A DNA stretch of 64,000 nucleotides from Marsupella aquatica. Lineage: Eukaryota; Plantae; Marchantiophyta. Shown in pieces: positions 1-13,024 of the stretch. The stretch covers positions 21,175,867 through 21,239,866 of the forward strand of contig OZ316894.1 in NCBI GenBank assembly GCA_973895155.1, given 5' to 3'. Within the stretch, counting starts at the first letter, position 1. The number at the start of each line of letters is the position of its first letter. A model generated the notes under the pieces. The model was given only the letters and a program-made list of their open reading frames with translations, was not told the origin of the DNA and did not search any database. Made by a program: the position numbers and the translations under genes.

Positions 1-691
1 GCTTCAGAGACACAATCCGAGGCGCCCTGTGGTTTCCATATTGATCCGGATTTCCTTTGCATCCCAGCTCGTCAGCGTTTTGTTTATCCACGCAGTCGCC
101 CTGGCTCTGGCCCGGAAAAGAATCGGAAAATAGATGCGGTGAAAACGGGGCGAAAATTTGTTTCACCTGGCAAAAACGAATTCCCTCGACGATTTTGTTC
201 ATCTCGGGGAAAAACCCATCATGGCTCACAACCAGTAGAGTTTCCTCAATGCCCTTCACCTTGCTCAGACTCTTCACCACCAAATTCAGATATTGAGGCC
301 TGTTGTGCACATACAGAACGATGGTGGTGTGATCCTCGGCTAAATTTGGGAACAGGTCACGGTTCCTCGGCAAATCATGATTTCTCGCCTCCAGACTTCT
401 CGAAAGCTCGTTATAAAACGGGATATAGTTGAAAACTGTCTGTTCTTGTTCTACACGTGCTACTTCAAGCTCATGGAGGCCCTTTGTTCCATCCCCTAAA
501 GCACTATTGCTACGCCGGCTGGATCCCCAGTCATGCTCCCCAGCGTCGAGAGGGTTTTCAGGGAACCAATTGGAGATATCAGCTGGTAGCCGCTGGATGA
601 AGGAAATCACCGACCCGACGACACACAGCTGGATGACGAACAGCAGGAAGAACCGGCGCCGGCCTCGTCCACTGAGCACGAATTTCGGCAT
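1..691 (-). CDS. GNT2: Alpha-1,6-mannosyl-glycoprotein beta-1,2-N-acetylglucosaminyltransferase (GnT-II/MGAT2, GT16), 5' part; runs off the window start
   Basis: Manual translation from ATG 691: MPKFVLSGRGRRRFFLLFVIQLCVVGSVISF (type II membrane anchor)...IVLYVHNRPQYLNLVVKSLSKVKGIEETLLVVSHDGFF...FCQVKQIFAPFSPH...CKGNPDQYGNHRAPRIVSLK, matching plant GnT-II motifs. Absent from the ORF track because there is no stop inside the window. Confidence 0.95.
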   Translation of the reverse strand, partial: MPKFVLSGRGRRRFFLLFVIQLCVVGSVISFIQRLPADISNWFPENPLDAGEHDWGSSRRSNSALGDGTKGLHELEVARVEQEQTVFNYIPFYNELSRSLEARNHDLPRNRDLFPNLAEDHTTIVLYVHNRPQYLNLVVKSLSKVKGIEETLLVVSHDGFFPEMNKIVEGIRFCQVKQIFAPFSPHLFSDSFPGQSQGDCVDKQNADELGCKGNPDQYGNHRAPRIVSLK

Positions 692-2354
692 CCCTGCTTC
701 ACTCCTGGATCACACCCATTCCAGGTAGCTGAATTAAGACCACAGCTGAACTCAGGCAAACGCTAATTTTTCAAATCGGTTCGATCGTCCGTTGCTCAGC
801 ATAGTAACATCGATTCCATTCCTTTGCCCGTCCAACACACAAAGATAGATCTAAGATTGACGGCCTGCATCATCACCAAAACGGCCGACCGCTAAGGATA
901 TGATCTCTCAGAGGGGCACATCTCCCATCTCCATAAGCAATGTGAATTGTTCTTGCTCAACTACTGGGCACTGACTACCTCAGGAAATGTTTTCGAAGAG
1001 GCCCTTATCTTCTATCTACACCGGCCATGTGAATTGAACACGCTTCATCGTGTGCGCGCAGGAGATTTGAAGAGGGCGATTCATTGTCCATGACCTTTGG
1101 AATGCAGCAGTAATGTGGCTCAGCTAGGCTTTCCAACTTCTGCGTCATCGACAAAAGGAATAGCAAAACATGTCAAAGAATGAATACCACTTCGACGAGA
1201 TAGCTGACGGAGCTCGAGCGATATCCTTTCCCTTTCAAAACCAATCTCAATGCGGGACTTTCTGAAAATGGTAAAACTGTACAATTATAGATCTACATAC
1301 CGCAGACGACCGGGGCTCATTTAGACTGCAAGAGAGCTCGTTCTGCCCTGTAATCCAAGCGGACAAAATTGGAAACCATAATTCAGAACCCAACACCAGA
1401 AACTCAAGACAGAGCCCAGACTCTCGTCGAACGGAGGCGCGCATCCCGGAAATGGAATCCAAGCGAGCAACCCACAGCGATCTGGAGCACAAGAACCCCC
1501 TCCACTTCGAATCGGAGCCCCAAAAACTGGAAAAGGAGAACCAATTCACCGAAACAGAGCCAACAAGGTAAAACAAAAAACTCAGCACAAAATCCAGAGT
1601 GGGCCAAAGGAAACCAGAATCAGACGAAGCTCAATTTTCTGGACCAAGCAAGCTACCCCCAACGATCCGGAACACGAGACCCCTCTCCCCTGCAGATCCG
1701 ACCCACGTAAAACAAACGAACAGAAACCCATTCAGTTCCACATTATTCTTCTTCTCCTTCTTTTGACTTCTTCCTCTACTCATCTTCTTCTTGAAGCGAA
1801 TGTCAAGACCTAGGTCTCACCAAAAAAGGCATTCCAGCTCCGCAAACGAAATTCGGATAAATCTGGCACGCGAGTGGAATCGCGGCAGACCTCGCGCTGA
1901 CGCTGATCTCGCTCTGCCGCGAGGACCGGCGGCCGATGCGAATTGCACAAACATAATGCCGCGCGGAGACGAGGACGAGACTCCATCGCTGAAGAAGAAG
2001 AATTGCGCACTCGTCAATTGGGAAAAGCTCCGAGCCGACCCCACCGGACCGGACCCGGCAGGACCGGAGTCACCGGACGGGAAATGGACTAACGACAAAG
2101 GCCCCCCTAGTTTTGCCGCCCTTTGCGCGCGCCGTCCATCTGCCCGTCCGTCCGGCCGTCCGTCCCTTTTGTAGAGAGTCCGCATCGGTTTGTCCGGTAC
2201 CCTGGTTGCCGGCCGGTCAATGAAAGCTCGGGTAGTTTGATGCCGGGACATACGTTTTAACCGTCGTTAGACGTACCCGTAATAGCGTATTTCGTAAAGT
2301 TTTTTTTTTTTTTGGCCAGTGTGGCGAATGTTTTTATTTATTTTTTCAAAACAT

Positions 2355-3165
2355 TTCTTATCTGATTATTTTCTGTCTGTCAGATCTCCCTATATTTAAG
2401 GATGACCATTAGATGATGGCTAATGGGACCTGTGATCAGATGGGACACTGGCTAATGAGACAGAAAATACTAGCTAATTTTTAGCCACAATTGGCCGGCG
2501 AAGCTTTTTTGGGAGGTGAAATTTGGCAAAAATTTTCCACTATAAAAAATGCTGGTGCAGATTCCGCAAGCACGAGAGTCACAATAAATGTTGTATGATG
2601 TGCTTGCTCCATTAGTCTGTGGCTTCCGGTAGCCGGTAGGTGTAGGTTCACTGCTCTCAGGATGAAAATAAATACCTAAAACATTTTGAGACTATTTAAT
2701 TTATTTTTGGGTGAAAACAACAAGTTTATTCAAACCCTTGACCCAAGGGACAAAAGGAACCTGCCTGGGAGGAGGAGGCAGGCCAATACAAGGAAAAGTA
2801 AGGGGGCTGAATGAGGGAGCACACTCACAGAAAAGAGGATGGGCATCCGCCAACCAGATTGCCTATAGGAAGGAGGACAATCAGAACAGGAAGGAGGAGC
2901 CCCAATATCCAAAGTGTGGCAAATGTTGGAGTGGATTTTGGGAATATTCTCTATCAGATTTTACTAAAATAAATCATGACTGTCAGATATCCCTATATTT
3001 GAGGAGAACTGCTAGATTCTGGCTAATGACGTACATGGTTTGGTGGAAGAGTGGCTAATGGTGTTAAGAAAATCTAGCAAATATTAGTCAAAGTGACAAA
3101 CATTTTTGGGGGAGGTGGAATCTGACTAAAATTTGCACTTAAAAAATACGCTGACACTGACCCGT
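2355..3165. repeat. Two diverged copies (~2355-2560, ~2950-3165) of a ~200-bp non-coding repeat
   Basis: Shared blocks ctgtcagat(c/a)tccctatattt(a/g)agga...agat...ggctaatg and tttt(t/g)gggaggtg(a/g)aat in both copies. Confidence 0.6.
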
Positions 3166-3856
3166 AAACTCATGGCTTTCTATGTGTTGGTGGTACCCTA
3201 GTTCTGGACAACATTGGGACACTTTTTCTACATGGATTTGGTTGTCCAATTATTTTTTAATCATTCATTTTGTGATGCTTTTTTTCCCCCTTTTTGTTTA
3301 GAAATGGGCAACGCCCAGGAAACTTTATTCATTGGAAAAAGGACAACACATGGCCCCCCGTCTGAGAGGAGGAGATAGGATCCAGCAAGAGAAAAAGGTG
3401 GCTGAAAGGGGGAGCACACCCAAGGAAAGGAAAGAGGCATCCTCCCAGATCATCCAAGAGAAGGGGGCAGACCAGAGGTGGAAGGGAAACCCCCAAGAAG
3501 GGAAACAAAACAATATACGCCATGATTCCCTATTAAAAAAAAGAACCCCAGGAGACACCAAAACAGCATTCTGACCCGGAGAACTAGCCGAGCCTCGACA
3601 ATGACAGAGCTGAATACCACCCTCCAATGGCCACCAAAACAGGTCCAAGAATCCACCAGCATTTTGCTTATCACACTTGTTGCATCCGCAACAGTGGTGT
3701 GTGTCATGTGCAAGTATACTGCTATTGTGCCTTTGTATAGAGAGCCACCAAAAGCTGATCTAGACACCAGTAGAAGGAGTCTTTAGTACTCGTGGAAGGT
3801 GCCAGTTTTATCATTCTAGAGTGAAATATTTTAAGATTGATGATTCTGGGTTAACT

Positions 3857-3928
3857 GATTGTGCTCCTGCACTTTACATGCCAACTCAAAAGATTGTGCT
3901 CCTGCACTTTACATGCCAACTCAAAAGA
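3857..3928. repeat. Perfect ~35-bp tandem duplication
   Basis: gattgtgctcctgcactttacatgccaactcaaaa occurs twice back to back. Confidence 0.9.
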
Positions 3929-4044
3929 TGTTGCAGACAACATTGATGGTTAAGCTTGGGACCAAAAGAGTCAAGGGGGCTTGACAAAAACAAGGTGACA
4001 AAAATTGGAAGACCACTTCAATGTGTTTACCGTACCTGATGCGA

Positions 4045-4202
4045 CAGGTCCATTTAGACTGTCTCCTGCCCAAGAAAGGTGGTAAGATGATGCATTCAAT
4101 ACTGTACTGGTAGAATCAAGCAGGTCCATGTACAGTGTCTCCTGACCAAGAATTCAAGAAAGGTGGTAAGATGATGCATTTAATACTGTAATGGTAGAAT
4201 CA
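4045..4202. repeat. ~76-80-bp tandem duplication
   Basis: caggtccat...tgtctcctg..caagaaaggtggtaagatgatgcatt(c/t)aatactgta..tggtagaatca twice. Confidence 0.8.
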
Positions 4203-6859
4203 GAAGAGACTGAGGGGTCCTTTCAAAAGGTCCTTTCAAAAGACCCTAAACTTTTGCCAGAACTACACGGTCCATGTCAGCATTTTGGGGGACCACTCTA
4301 GTCCTTGTAAGACTGGGAAATGTCTTGTAAATTCAAGTGAGCTCTCAATTTCATATAAAGTCAAACTGGGTTGGTCACTTGATATGCAGTTGTGATGAGA
4401 TCTAAAAACAAAATCTTGGAAGTGACCAGTCAGTTGTTGTCATCTTGTTCAGTGACACAGAGTCCCACCCCTTGAGGTGTCTATTCCAGTGACACAGAGT
4501 TTATGCAATCAGATATGGACAGTCACCCCCTAGACTCGGATAGTGGCTCTCCATCCTTTGAGTTTCCATAAGGTTCCACGGTTGTTGAAAAGGATCATCA
4601 TCCAGCACCATACACACCTGCACAATGTCACAAACAAATTACATATCTCATACAAAGATGCTTACTCTTGGACAACTTTCAGCTGCCCATATATCACCTA
4701 CCACTGGTTTCATTACCCCTTGTGAGGCCAGCAATTTCAATCTGATTAGCATAGCTTGTGATCTGGGGATGAAGGATTGTCAACAAATGTGATGAGGATG
4801 TCAGTTCACAATAGATGGCACATGTGGAAGTTCCCCCAGCACAATTTTGTCCTCCTGTTGAACCCCTTAAACTGTTACTGTCACTTCTCTCAACCTGCTG
4901 GATCTAGGGTACCATATTGGTGAAAAGTCTCAAGGAGAAAGTAAAAAGATTCCCAAACAAAGTGAAAGCTCTAGACAGACTATAGTGTTGTCTGTCCACC
5001 TGTCCACGTGCAAAGGGTGAGAGGGGAAATTGCCGGGTGACAGGGGGACCAACAGGTGTGCAGGGAAAAAAAAAGGTTGAGAAGGGAAGTGTCTAGGTGA
5101 ACTTGGGAGACACGCCGGTGAAGTGAAATGTCACTTGTGAGACCCAAAGGTGACAGGGGAAATGGCCAAGCAAAAGGGGAGATGGCCAAGTGACAGGGGC
5201 AACAGCTGGGCGAAAGCAAAATGTCTAGATAATAAGGATGTACATTTTGTATCATAAATAATAAACGAGGGTATATATTTTCACCTGGCCTTGATGGGAC
5301 TAACATTGGCCAAAGGTGGCTCATACTCACGCAGTTTGATACTGGCAGTTCAAAGTAAACATCACCTCGAGCTAGGAAGTTGTCACGAATTACAATTTGG
5401 ACTCCCCATCGGTGCAAGAAATATCCTGCCTTCACCGCTGTTTGGTATTGCGAGGCAGAGCCTGTTCATGTACTGTAGTGAAAATACTGATAATCAGAAG
5501 GTGGAGAGCGTTCTAGCTTCTCCCGGATTTTAGCAAAAACTTGTACCAAGGCATCAAGGTCAGGCTGCCCAGCCCCAAACACTGGAAAATTTTCCGCTGT
5601 GTTCGTTAATATCGTCCACAAATTTGATGTTTTATCCCAAATTAGATCCCTCTCTCTCTCTCTCCCGGCAATGTCAACGACAGAGGGCTAACGTAAGGTC
5701 TCTGGCGCTAATTAAAGTCAGAAGTTACTGTAATATTCTACTTATGTGCACAATTATCGCACTCAAGACACTGTCCATAAAGCTCGATCAATCCAGGAAC
5801 TGCTTGAAGAATATTAGGCCAGACCGACAAATAATGGTCCATTCAACTAGTCCTACCCAGATGAAGAAGAATATTTGCTCATCTATAACCATGGAAGGCT
5901 TTGCGTTGGCCGTTCATAAGCTTCACAAGATCTTTTCATTTCTCACGGCATTGACAGGTTCAAAGCACGTCGATGAAAAGGTAGTAGAATCACCCCACAG
6001 AATCATAGGTACTGCTAAGATAATAAAAATTGAGACAGACTCAGATTCCAAAGCTTAAATGAAATTTCTATTGATTTAGGAATGGTACGACGCACGGGTT
6101 CCTACATAATATTTGAGAACATGAATGTTAAACAAGCCTTGGTGAATAATTTCCAAGTCAATCTTTGAGGTGAAACTCAGGTGACGACAACAGTCGCTTT
6201 GCAAGATGGGAATAATCATGGGATCATCCGGACCAGCACCTCTCTGTTTGAAATGATTTTGCTGTAGAAACTTTTAATTTCACATTCATTTTGCTTTTCA
6301 TAATTAACTACGATCTGTACACTTTGACACAGATAGTGCGGGGGCAAGGCACAACTGCGAATTGTGCACAGGCTGAAAGAATCAACGGACTGGAGCCATA
6401 TTTACAGGTCTGTCTCCTAGGAAGCGGCATGCTTGGTCACCTGGACTGAACTATCTCATCTGAGAGCAACTTAAACTGCTAACCATGCACACAGCAGGTA
6501 TTATGTCACTGAATACACGACAAATTGGAATCGACGTGTAAGGGATAGAAGCCTAGTGGAGTGGCTTCTATCCAACTACAACCACCACAAGACAGCAAGG
6601 AAGTCTATATACTCCACACTGAAAGTTTAATCAACTCCAGAATGAACAGTAATTCGATGGCCAGCCCTGCTTATCTGCACGACGTGGAGAAGCCCATTTA
6701 GTCCTTCTGAAACACGCCGAGCAATGTGGTCATCAAAACTGATTCACGAAATCCTTGCCAAAGAAAGTCTCAAACTGTGTCCACCTGGAGTCGACGACCA
6801 ATGTGATATCCTGATTTGGATCAAATGGCTCGGTCAAATTCCGGTTCACATCGAACAGG

Positions 6860-9800
6860 CTATTCTTGAAGCGGTCTAAAGACTCCCTTGGGTGCATCAT
6901 ACATCCATCTGTAATACAAAACACACTTCTCAGAAAGCTGAGAACAGATCCAACATGAAACTCTGCCTGCTTGACTGGAGAGGATATAGTTTTCAGTAAA
7001 GATTAACAGTACCACAACTGGACCAACACAATCAGAAGCATGACAGGCTTGGGCTGAACTGTTCAATCAGCTTCCCATAGAAGCAACAGATAGTTCAAGA
7101 TGCGAAACACAAGTATCTTTTCAGTACCTCCTGAATATCCATCTCCTCAATTGGAGACTTTTGATCAGTCATCAATTCAACACCACGAAAAACAAAACAA
7201 AACAACAGAACAGAACAAAAAGCTTACCAGCATCCATTCATACAAGTGATACATCACAAACAGAAGATCTCAGAAGTCCTAGATATCATTTAAAGCGAAA
7301 AGTATAAGACAATTTGTTTTCCAAACGATTACTGAGCTCCTAGGATCATATTTAAATCAACAGTCCACCCTTCCCTTCAACAAATAACAAGGATAGTTGT
7401 CACACCTTGATAGAAATATTGGAGGTAATTCTTCCACTGAATCCCCTCTCTGTTTGAGCGTACGGCGCCTTTCTGTCTCCTCAATGAACTTTAGGGGAGG
7501 AAGTACAAAACAAGGGCCTTGAATAGAACCCACCAAATTGTTGTCGCAATGATTTGACTCGTACACCTGAGGAAAGTATAAGAAGTTCAGCCAGCCATTC
7601 AATAATTCACAAGCTTTTCATTAACCAAAATGGGAAAAGGGGGACCACATCTTCTCTCATCATCGACTCTGGACGGGATTGCCAGCCTTCGGTTGAATCG
7701 GAAAATGAATGATATCGAAGAGAGACACCACACAAATGTGCTACAGTCATATATACTTTGCAAAATAGGACTGGCTGTTATGACGAAGAACATCATGTAA
7801 AAGCACTGAACGACTAAACAATCAAAGAAGCGGGTAATTGTAAGCAAAACCTCATCTGGTGCAGTTGTTCCAGGACGACCCATGGCCAGAGGGATATCAG
7901 TTGGGTAGTAGCACCAACTCACTCTTACCCATTTGTGACCTGTAGCGATATCTTCCCAGAGAACCTGAAGAGCCAATCAAATCTAGATTATGCATGTTTC
8001 AAACCCACTCTTCATGAGATACCCAGAAACATCCGTACAATAGTGCTACATCCCAGTAGCTGTGCCATGAACACAAATTTGGGGCCTTTTGCTAACAGTT
8101 GAAAATAATTACTGCTTACAAAAGAGGAGGATACTGTGAACAATGGATTTTTTTGCTTTTCTAACCTAAAAAATTGATGTCTAGCCCGATCAGCTGAAAA
8201 TACATGCCGTTGTAGGTTAGACGACAATCAAGACTCCGTCACCAACTTCACAATTACGCTAAAAAGGAATCATGCCATGCACTTCTAGAGGTTCACACAG
8301 AAGACAGTGACAGATAGGCACCTCCGATAACCCAAACAGCACTAGACCTTACCTGGAGTCTTGCAATATATGGAGGGACATCTGACGTCTCCGGGCGGAA
8401 CAAAGCACAGTCAGACACAGAGAATGTAATTCCCCCTACACTGCATGCTCGAAAATAAGTTTTTCCGTCAGCTTTCCGTGTACTTTCACCGACCCATTCC
8501 ATGACAATGGGAAGGGGGACTTCAGCTTGTTTGCCTTGCGAGACCGTTCCTGAGTCCACATTTCCTTTCCTACTGTGAATCGCCTGAGTCCTTGTTTCAG
8601 TCTTCTTGATATGTGCTGGAGTAGCTCGTCGGTATTTCGCTTCATATCCAGTATCTTCCACGACAACAGCTACAGACTGACTGTCGCTCTTCTCTAATCC
8701 CTTTCCAAACTTCCCATCATCTTCAGCTATTTTGAGGCTATCATTTTGACCAGATATTGTCATTCCAGTTTTTCCTTGTAGTTGGGTTCTGTCCCCAGTA
8801 GTCACATTTTTCATCAGAGCCTGTGGACTTGAAGTTTGCTGCACTAAAGAAGACGCGATCTTCCCAGATTGTAGGAGTCCTTGATTGTCCTCTTGGAGAA
8901 GAGAGTGAGACGAGCTATGAAGAGGATGATTAGTCCTTGGTGACGGTTCATTGACTAGGTGCACAATGAGATGAGGAGAGGTTCCAACATTTCCTGTAAT
9001 TGGATCATCCATACTCTGATGAGCACGAGTGTCTATCTCCAAAGCGCCCTTCCCTTGAACTATCTGAAGCCCAGAATCAATCTGCCTGCCAGCAGTAGCC
9101 AGTTCACCTTCTCCTCTGACCGATCCATTCGGAATGCTACAGAAGGGCTCCGGATTCCCTTGAGAAATATCATGTGGAGGCCACAACTTTACACTATTTG
9201 GAGAACCATGACGAATGGGGCCATACTTAGCAGGACACTTCCCTCCTCGACTTGCTGTCAAACACTTAGGACAATTCCAATCACCCTTTGAAGCACCTCT
9301 GGACGAAGGGGGTTGTACACATTTCACATGGGAAACTTCATCACAGGAGTCACAGACCAAAACACTTCCTGTATCCTTGGCTATCAACTTGCAAACTTGG
9401 CAGGGAATAGGTGTGCTGATGTAAGTTGGCGGAAGAGCTTGCAGGTTCTGAGAGGCAGGGGGTACATGTTCACGTATAAACTGTTGCACACCTAGACACA
9501 GCTGCTTATGGGTAACATAAGCTTTCTGGGGATCTGGGGCTTGACCCTGCACTACATTCAAAAATTCAGGAGCGAAGAGGGTGACTGTGGCAGGCTCTTT
9601 TCTTACTCTATTACGGACCTTGGGAGGCCTTCTCAAGGTGGGTTTGGAAGCTGGTGTATGACCATTGACAGACATGCTTTTCTCAGTTTGTGTAACTAAA
9701 CGAGGGATCTCACCAGTTTTTGAGACTGGCGACAGAACGTCAGAACCGATCTCAGCCTGTGTGTTGGGATGTACATCTGGAGTAGGAAGACTGGCAGGCA

Positions 9801-12532
9801 AAGCTAATTCTGGAACTCTGTATGCCGATTGACCTGCAACACGGTACATAACCTATATTTTAGAACAAATTCACATTTGAGAGTAGTGTCACAAAAGCAT
9901 CCCCTAAAATTCGGAGGACATGCAGATAGTAAACGGACTGGATATAAGAATTATAGGTACTAAGTGCAGTGAGCCTTCGTAAAAAACCTCTAGTCTGACT
10001 TTGCATGCATTTCCCTTGCTCTGAATAGATCGCTAGTAGAATCATGTGGATTGCCGTCTCCCAGGGATCACTTGGGTCTAATTGGACTTCAAATATAATT
10101 TCTTCAATCGGTCTCAAGTGCCCTCGATTCTTGTTCTTAAGTTGTCTAGTCAAAACTGTAGATCTTCAAAAGCGATGACATAAAACTGAAATGTTCTAGG
10201 AGTCCTTACTACGTCCAATGTCAAAGCTGTACGCGGTAAACACATTAGTAGAATTGAAATCGGGTGGAACCCACAGTTCCCTCTCTCCAACCTTAACAAC
10301 TTATTTCCCTCCAAACAGTTGTCGAACTCATCACACTTAAACCATTCAGGAGTCTCCCCAGACGACAGAGAGATTATATCCAGCGAGAACTAGCAACGAG
10401 CATGAAGTGAGTGACACGTGAGCAAGGGAGTCATGTCTCTACCTGACGTTAATCGAGAATCCTCGACAGGGGAGGAGCCATCTTTGCTGGGACCGTTAGC
10501 TGCTGTTGCTGCGGCCATCATAGCTACCTGCTTGTAGCGGACGCAAAAATGAGATCTCGTTAAAAACTTAGCTAAAGGCCGCAAATCACGTCGAGTTGCA
10601 CCATTCTATATTGTCATCGAAAAGTAGAAGGCAGATTCTGTTTGAAGATGGCAAAGATTTCTTCCACTGGAAAACGGTGGAGCAGGTGTGGCAACGAGAT
10701 GTTAGTCGAAGTGAAATCGAAATGTGAACATCTTCAGTGGGCCATCAAGCGCGAGAGTGTGAACGACAGGTAAAGTCCGCTATTGATTACCCAACCGGAT
10801 CAAGGACTGCTAAATAACGTAAGATAACAACCCAACCTGACTGGGTAGAGAAGGAAAAAAAAACCTGCTGCCTGATTTCGTCAGATTCAGTTTGGGCCCG
10901 GGCAGCTGCTTCAGCTTGGTCTCTGGCTGCCGCTTCAGCTTGAACCTTGGCTGCCGCTTCAGCTTGGGCCCTAGCTGCAACTTCAGCTTGGGCCCTGGCT
11001 GCCGCTTCCGCTTTGGCTTTCGCAAGAGTTTCTGCTCTAACATTCGCTAGAGCTTCTGCTTCAGTCAGTGCTGCGACCCAAGCCTGGTCGTCACGCTTTT
11101 TCTGTGCCACCTTTCTCATGTTGCATTCTTGTAGCATTCTCTCAAGCGACTCCATGGCTACGAGATTGTTCGGTGCCACCTGACTGACAAGAATGCCGAG
11201 ATTCTGGTACGCGGTTGCAGCCAATTCTATCTCGTACGAGGTGGGTGTTCTTCCGGCTCTCATTTGAGCCATACCAGCAAGTACGAGTACGATCTCTGCC
11301 GTTTGTCCGAGAACAACTGCGACAGCATCAGCCCCCGAATATATAGCCCCACTCGTCTTCGCCCGCTTCGCAGGTTGCTCCTCATCTAGGGTGCAATCTT
11401 CTACTTGGTCTGCTTTTTCGGAAGCATGGAATGTCGAAACACCTTCTGCTCCATGCATAGGAGACAATTTGACACTTTCTGGGCATATTGGATTTTCACG
11501 AGGAGACACCACTTCTAAGGCTTCTGGAGCTACTGCAGCATCAGGCACTTGCTCGTCTTGTACTTTTACCACCGGTACTCCAGAGACTACAGGAAAGGGG
11601 ACAGAGGCAGAGTGCTCTACGAATGAACCATCTGTTTCACGGCAGTGGAAGCCTTCCTTATCAACCAAATCATGTGCCAGATCATGTGTCGAGGAGGAAA
11701 TATTTTCTGGCTCTGCATAGGACGACGATGCTCGTTCATGATTAATCGCAATACTGTCGAGAACGGCAAGAGTGGCCGCTTCTATTCCCATTCCACTTGA
11801 CATGGGGGGCGAAGGTATACCTCCGGGTTTCGCACACTGAGAAGAATCTTGCTCCTGCACAACTACGACATCTTCGTCTGTGACAACTGTAGATTCGAAT
11901 ACGACTGCCATTGTGTCCTGCACAACGACGACCTGTTTGTCTCGAGGAGGAGATGCGACTTCGACTTCCATAGCCTCCTTCATAACTACATCTTTATCTC
12001 CGACAACCACAGCAGAAGTAAGTTCGACTGCCATTGCATCTAGCAAACCCCTAGAACCTTCATCTGGAACAACGGCAGGGGACGCGTATTCGACTGTCAC
12101 TGCGTCATCTACAGTCACAACATCATCGTCTGGTACAACGGCAGGAGAAGCGGGTGCAATTGCCCCTTTATCTCGCACAAGCCCCGCATTATCGTCTACA
12201 TCATCGGCAGGAGTAGACAATTCAGTTGTCATTGCGTCTTCCACAACTACGACCTCATCGCGTCCGAATGTATCTTGCAGAAGCCCCGCATTATCGACTA
12301 CATCATCGGCAGGAGTAGACAATTCAGTTGTCATTGCGTCTTCCACGACTACGACCTCATCGCGTCCCAATGATGCAGGAGAAACAGGTTCGACTGCAAG
12401 GGAGTATTGCATGACCACGCCATCGTCGTTTGAAACAACGGCAGGAGCTGACAATTCTGTCGCCATTATTGTGTCTTTCACAACCCCAAGATCATCGTTG
12501 GTGCGAACGTCGTCAGGGGACGGGAATTCCAT
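6860..12532 (-). CDS. PHD finger + BAH domain chromatin-reader protein with long acidic repetitive N-terminus; exons 12532-10865, 10527-10443, 9833-8353, 7964-7851, 7566-7406, 6908-6860
   Basis: PHD C4HC3 CQVC...CDSC....HVKC...WNCPKC. BAH motifs DCALFRPETSDVPPYIARLQ|VLWED...WVRVSWCYYPTD...E|VYESNHCDNNLVGSIQGPCFVL...IFLSR|WMYD. All introns are GT-AG with compatible phases. Confidence 0.9.
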
Positions 12533-12885
12533 TCTTCCGCAATCAGGACCTCATCTTCCCCAAAAGAGGCACGAGAAGCAATTCCAATTTGATGTTCAAA
12601 ATCTATGAAAGCCTAAACAGTAAAGAGTCGTCACAGGACAAGAATTCAATTCTTCCGCAATCAGCAGGACCTCATCTTTTCCTAAATGTAACACAAGAAT
12701 TCAAAAGCGGCACGAGAAGCAACTTCACTTTGATGTTCAAACCTCTGAAAGCCTGAATCAAATGCGTCGTCAGGGGACGGGAATTCAATTCTTTCCGCAA
12801 TCAGGACCTCATCTTCCATAAAAGTGGCACGCATAGTCGCATAGAAGCAACTTCACTTTCATGTTCAAATCTATGAAAGCCTAAT
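12508..12885. repeat. Triplicated ~120-135-bp unit spanning the PHD-BAH start codon and 5' leader
   Basis: gtcgtca(g/c)..gac..gaattc(c/a)attctt(t)ccgcaatcag..gacctcatctt...gaagcaa...atgttcaaa...tgaaagcct occurs three times (~12508, ~12627, ~12765). Confidence 0.85.
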
Positions 12886-13024
12886 AAACAGTCCTCTCAC
12901 TCTTTCCCTGAGTGGCTTGTCGTTTCCTTCGATTGAAAGTAGGGATGCTAGGGTACCCCTGAATTCCCTCCATTCATCCATTTGGACCTCGATTGGAAGT
13001 AGGGATGCTACTAGGGTTCCTATA

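Noticed and set aside
2700-3580. GA-rich tracts preceded by TTTATTCA as reverse-oriented LINE 3' ends
   Set aside because: Plausible (AATAAA plus A-rich tail on the minus strand), but no RT/endonuclease remnant or TSD could be shown.
5624-6058. 144-aa plus-strand ORF
   Set aside because: No recognisable motif, TTG start; it probably overlaps the 3' region of the minus-strand PHD-BAH gene.
11880-12608. 242-aa Thr/Ser-rich plus-strand ORF
   Set aside because: Antisense shadow of the repetitive Val/Asp-rich exon of the PHD-BAH gene.
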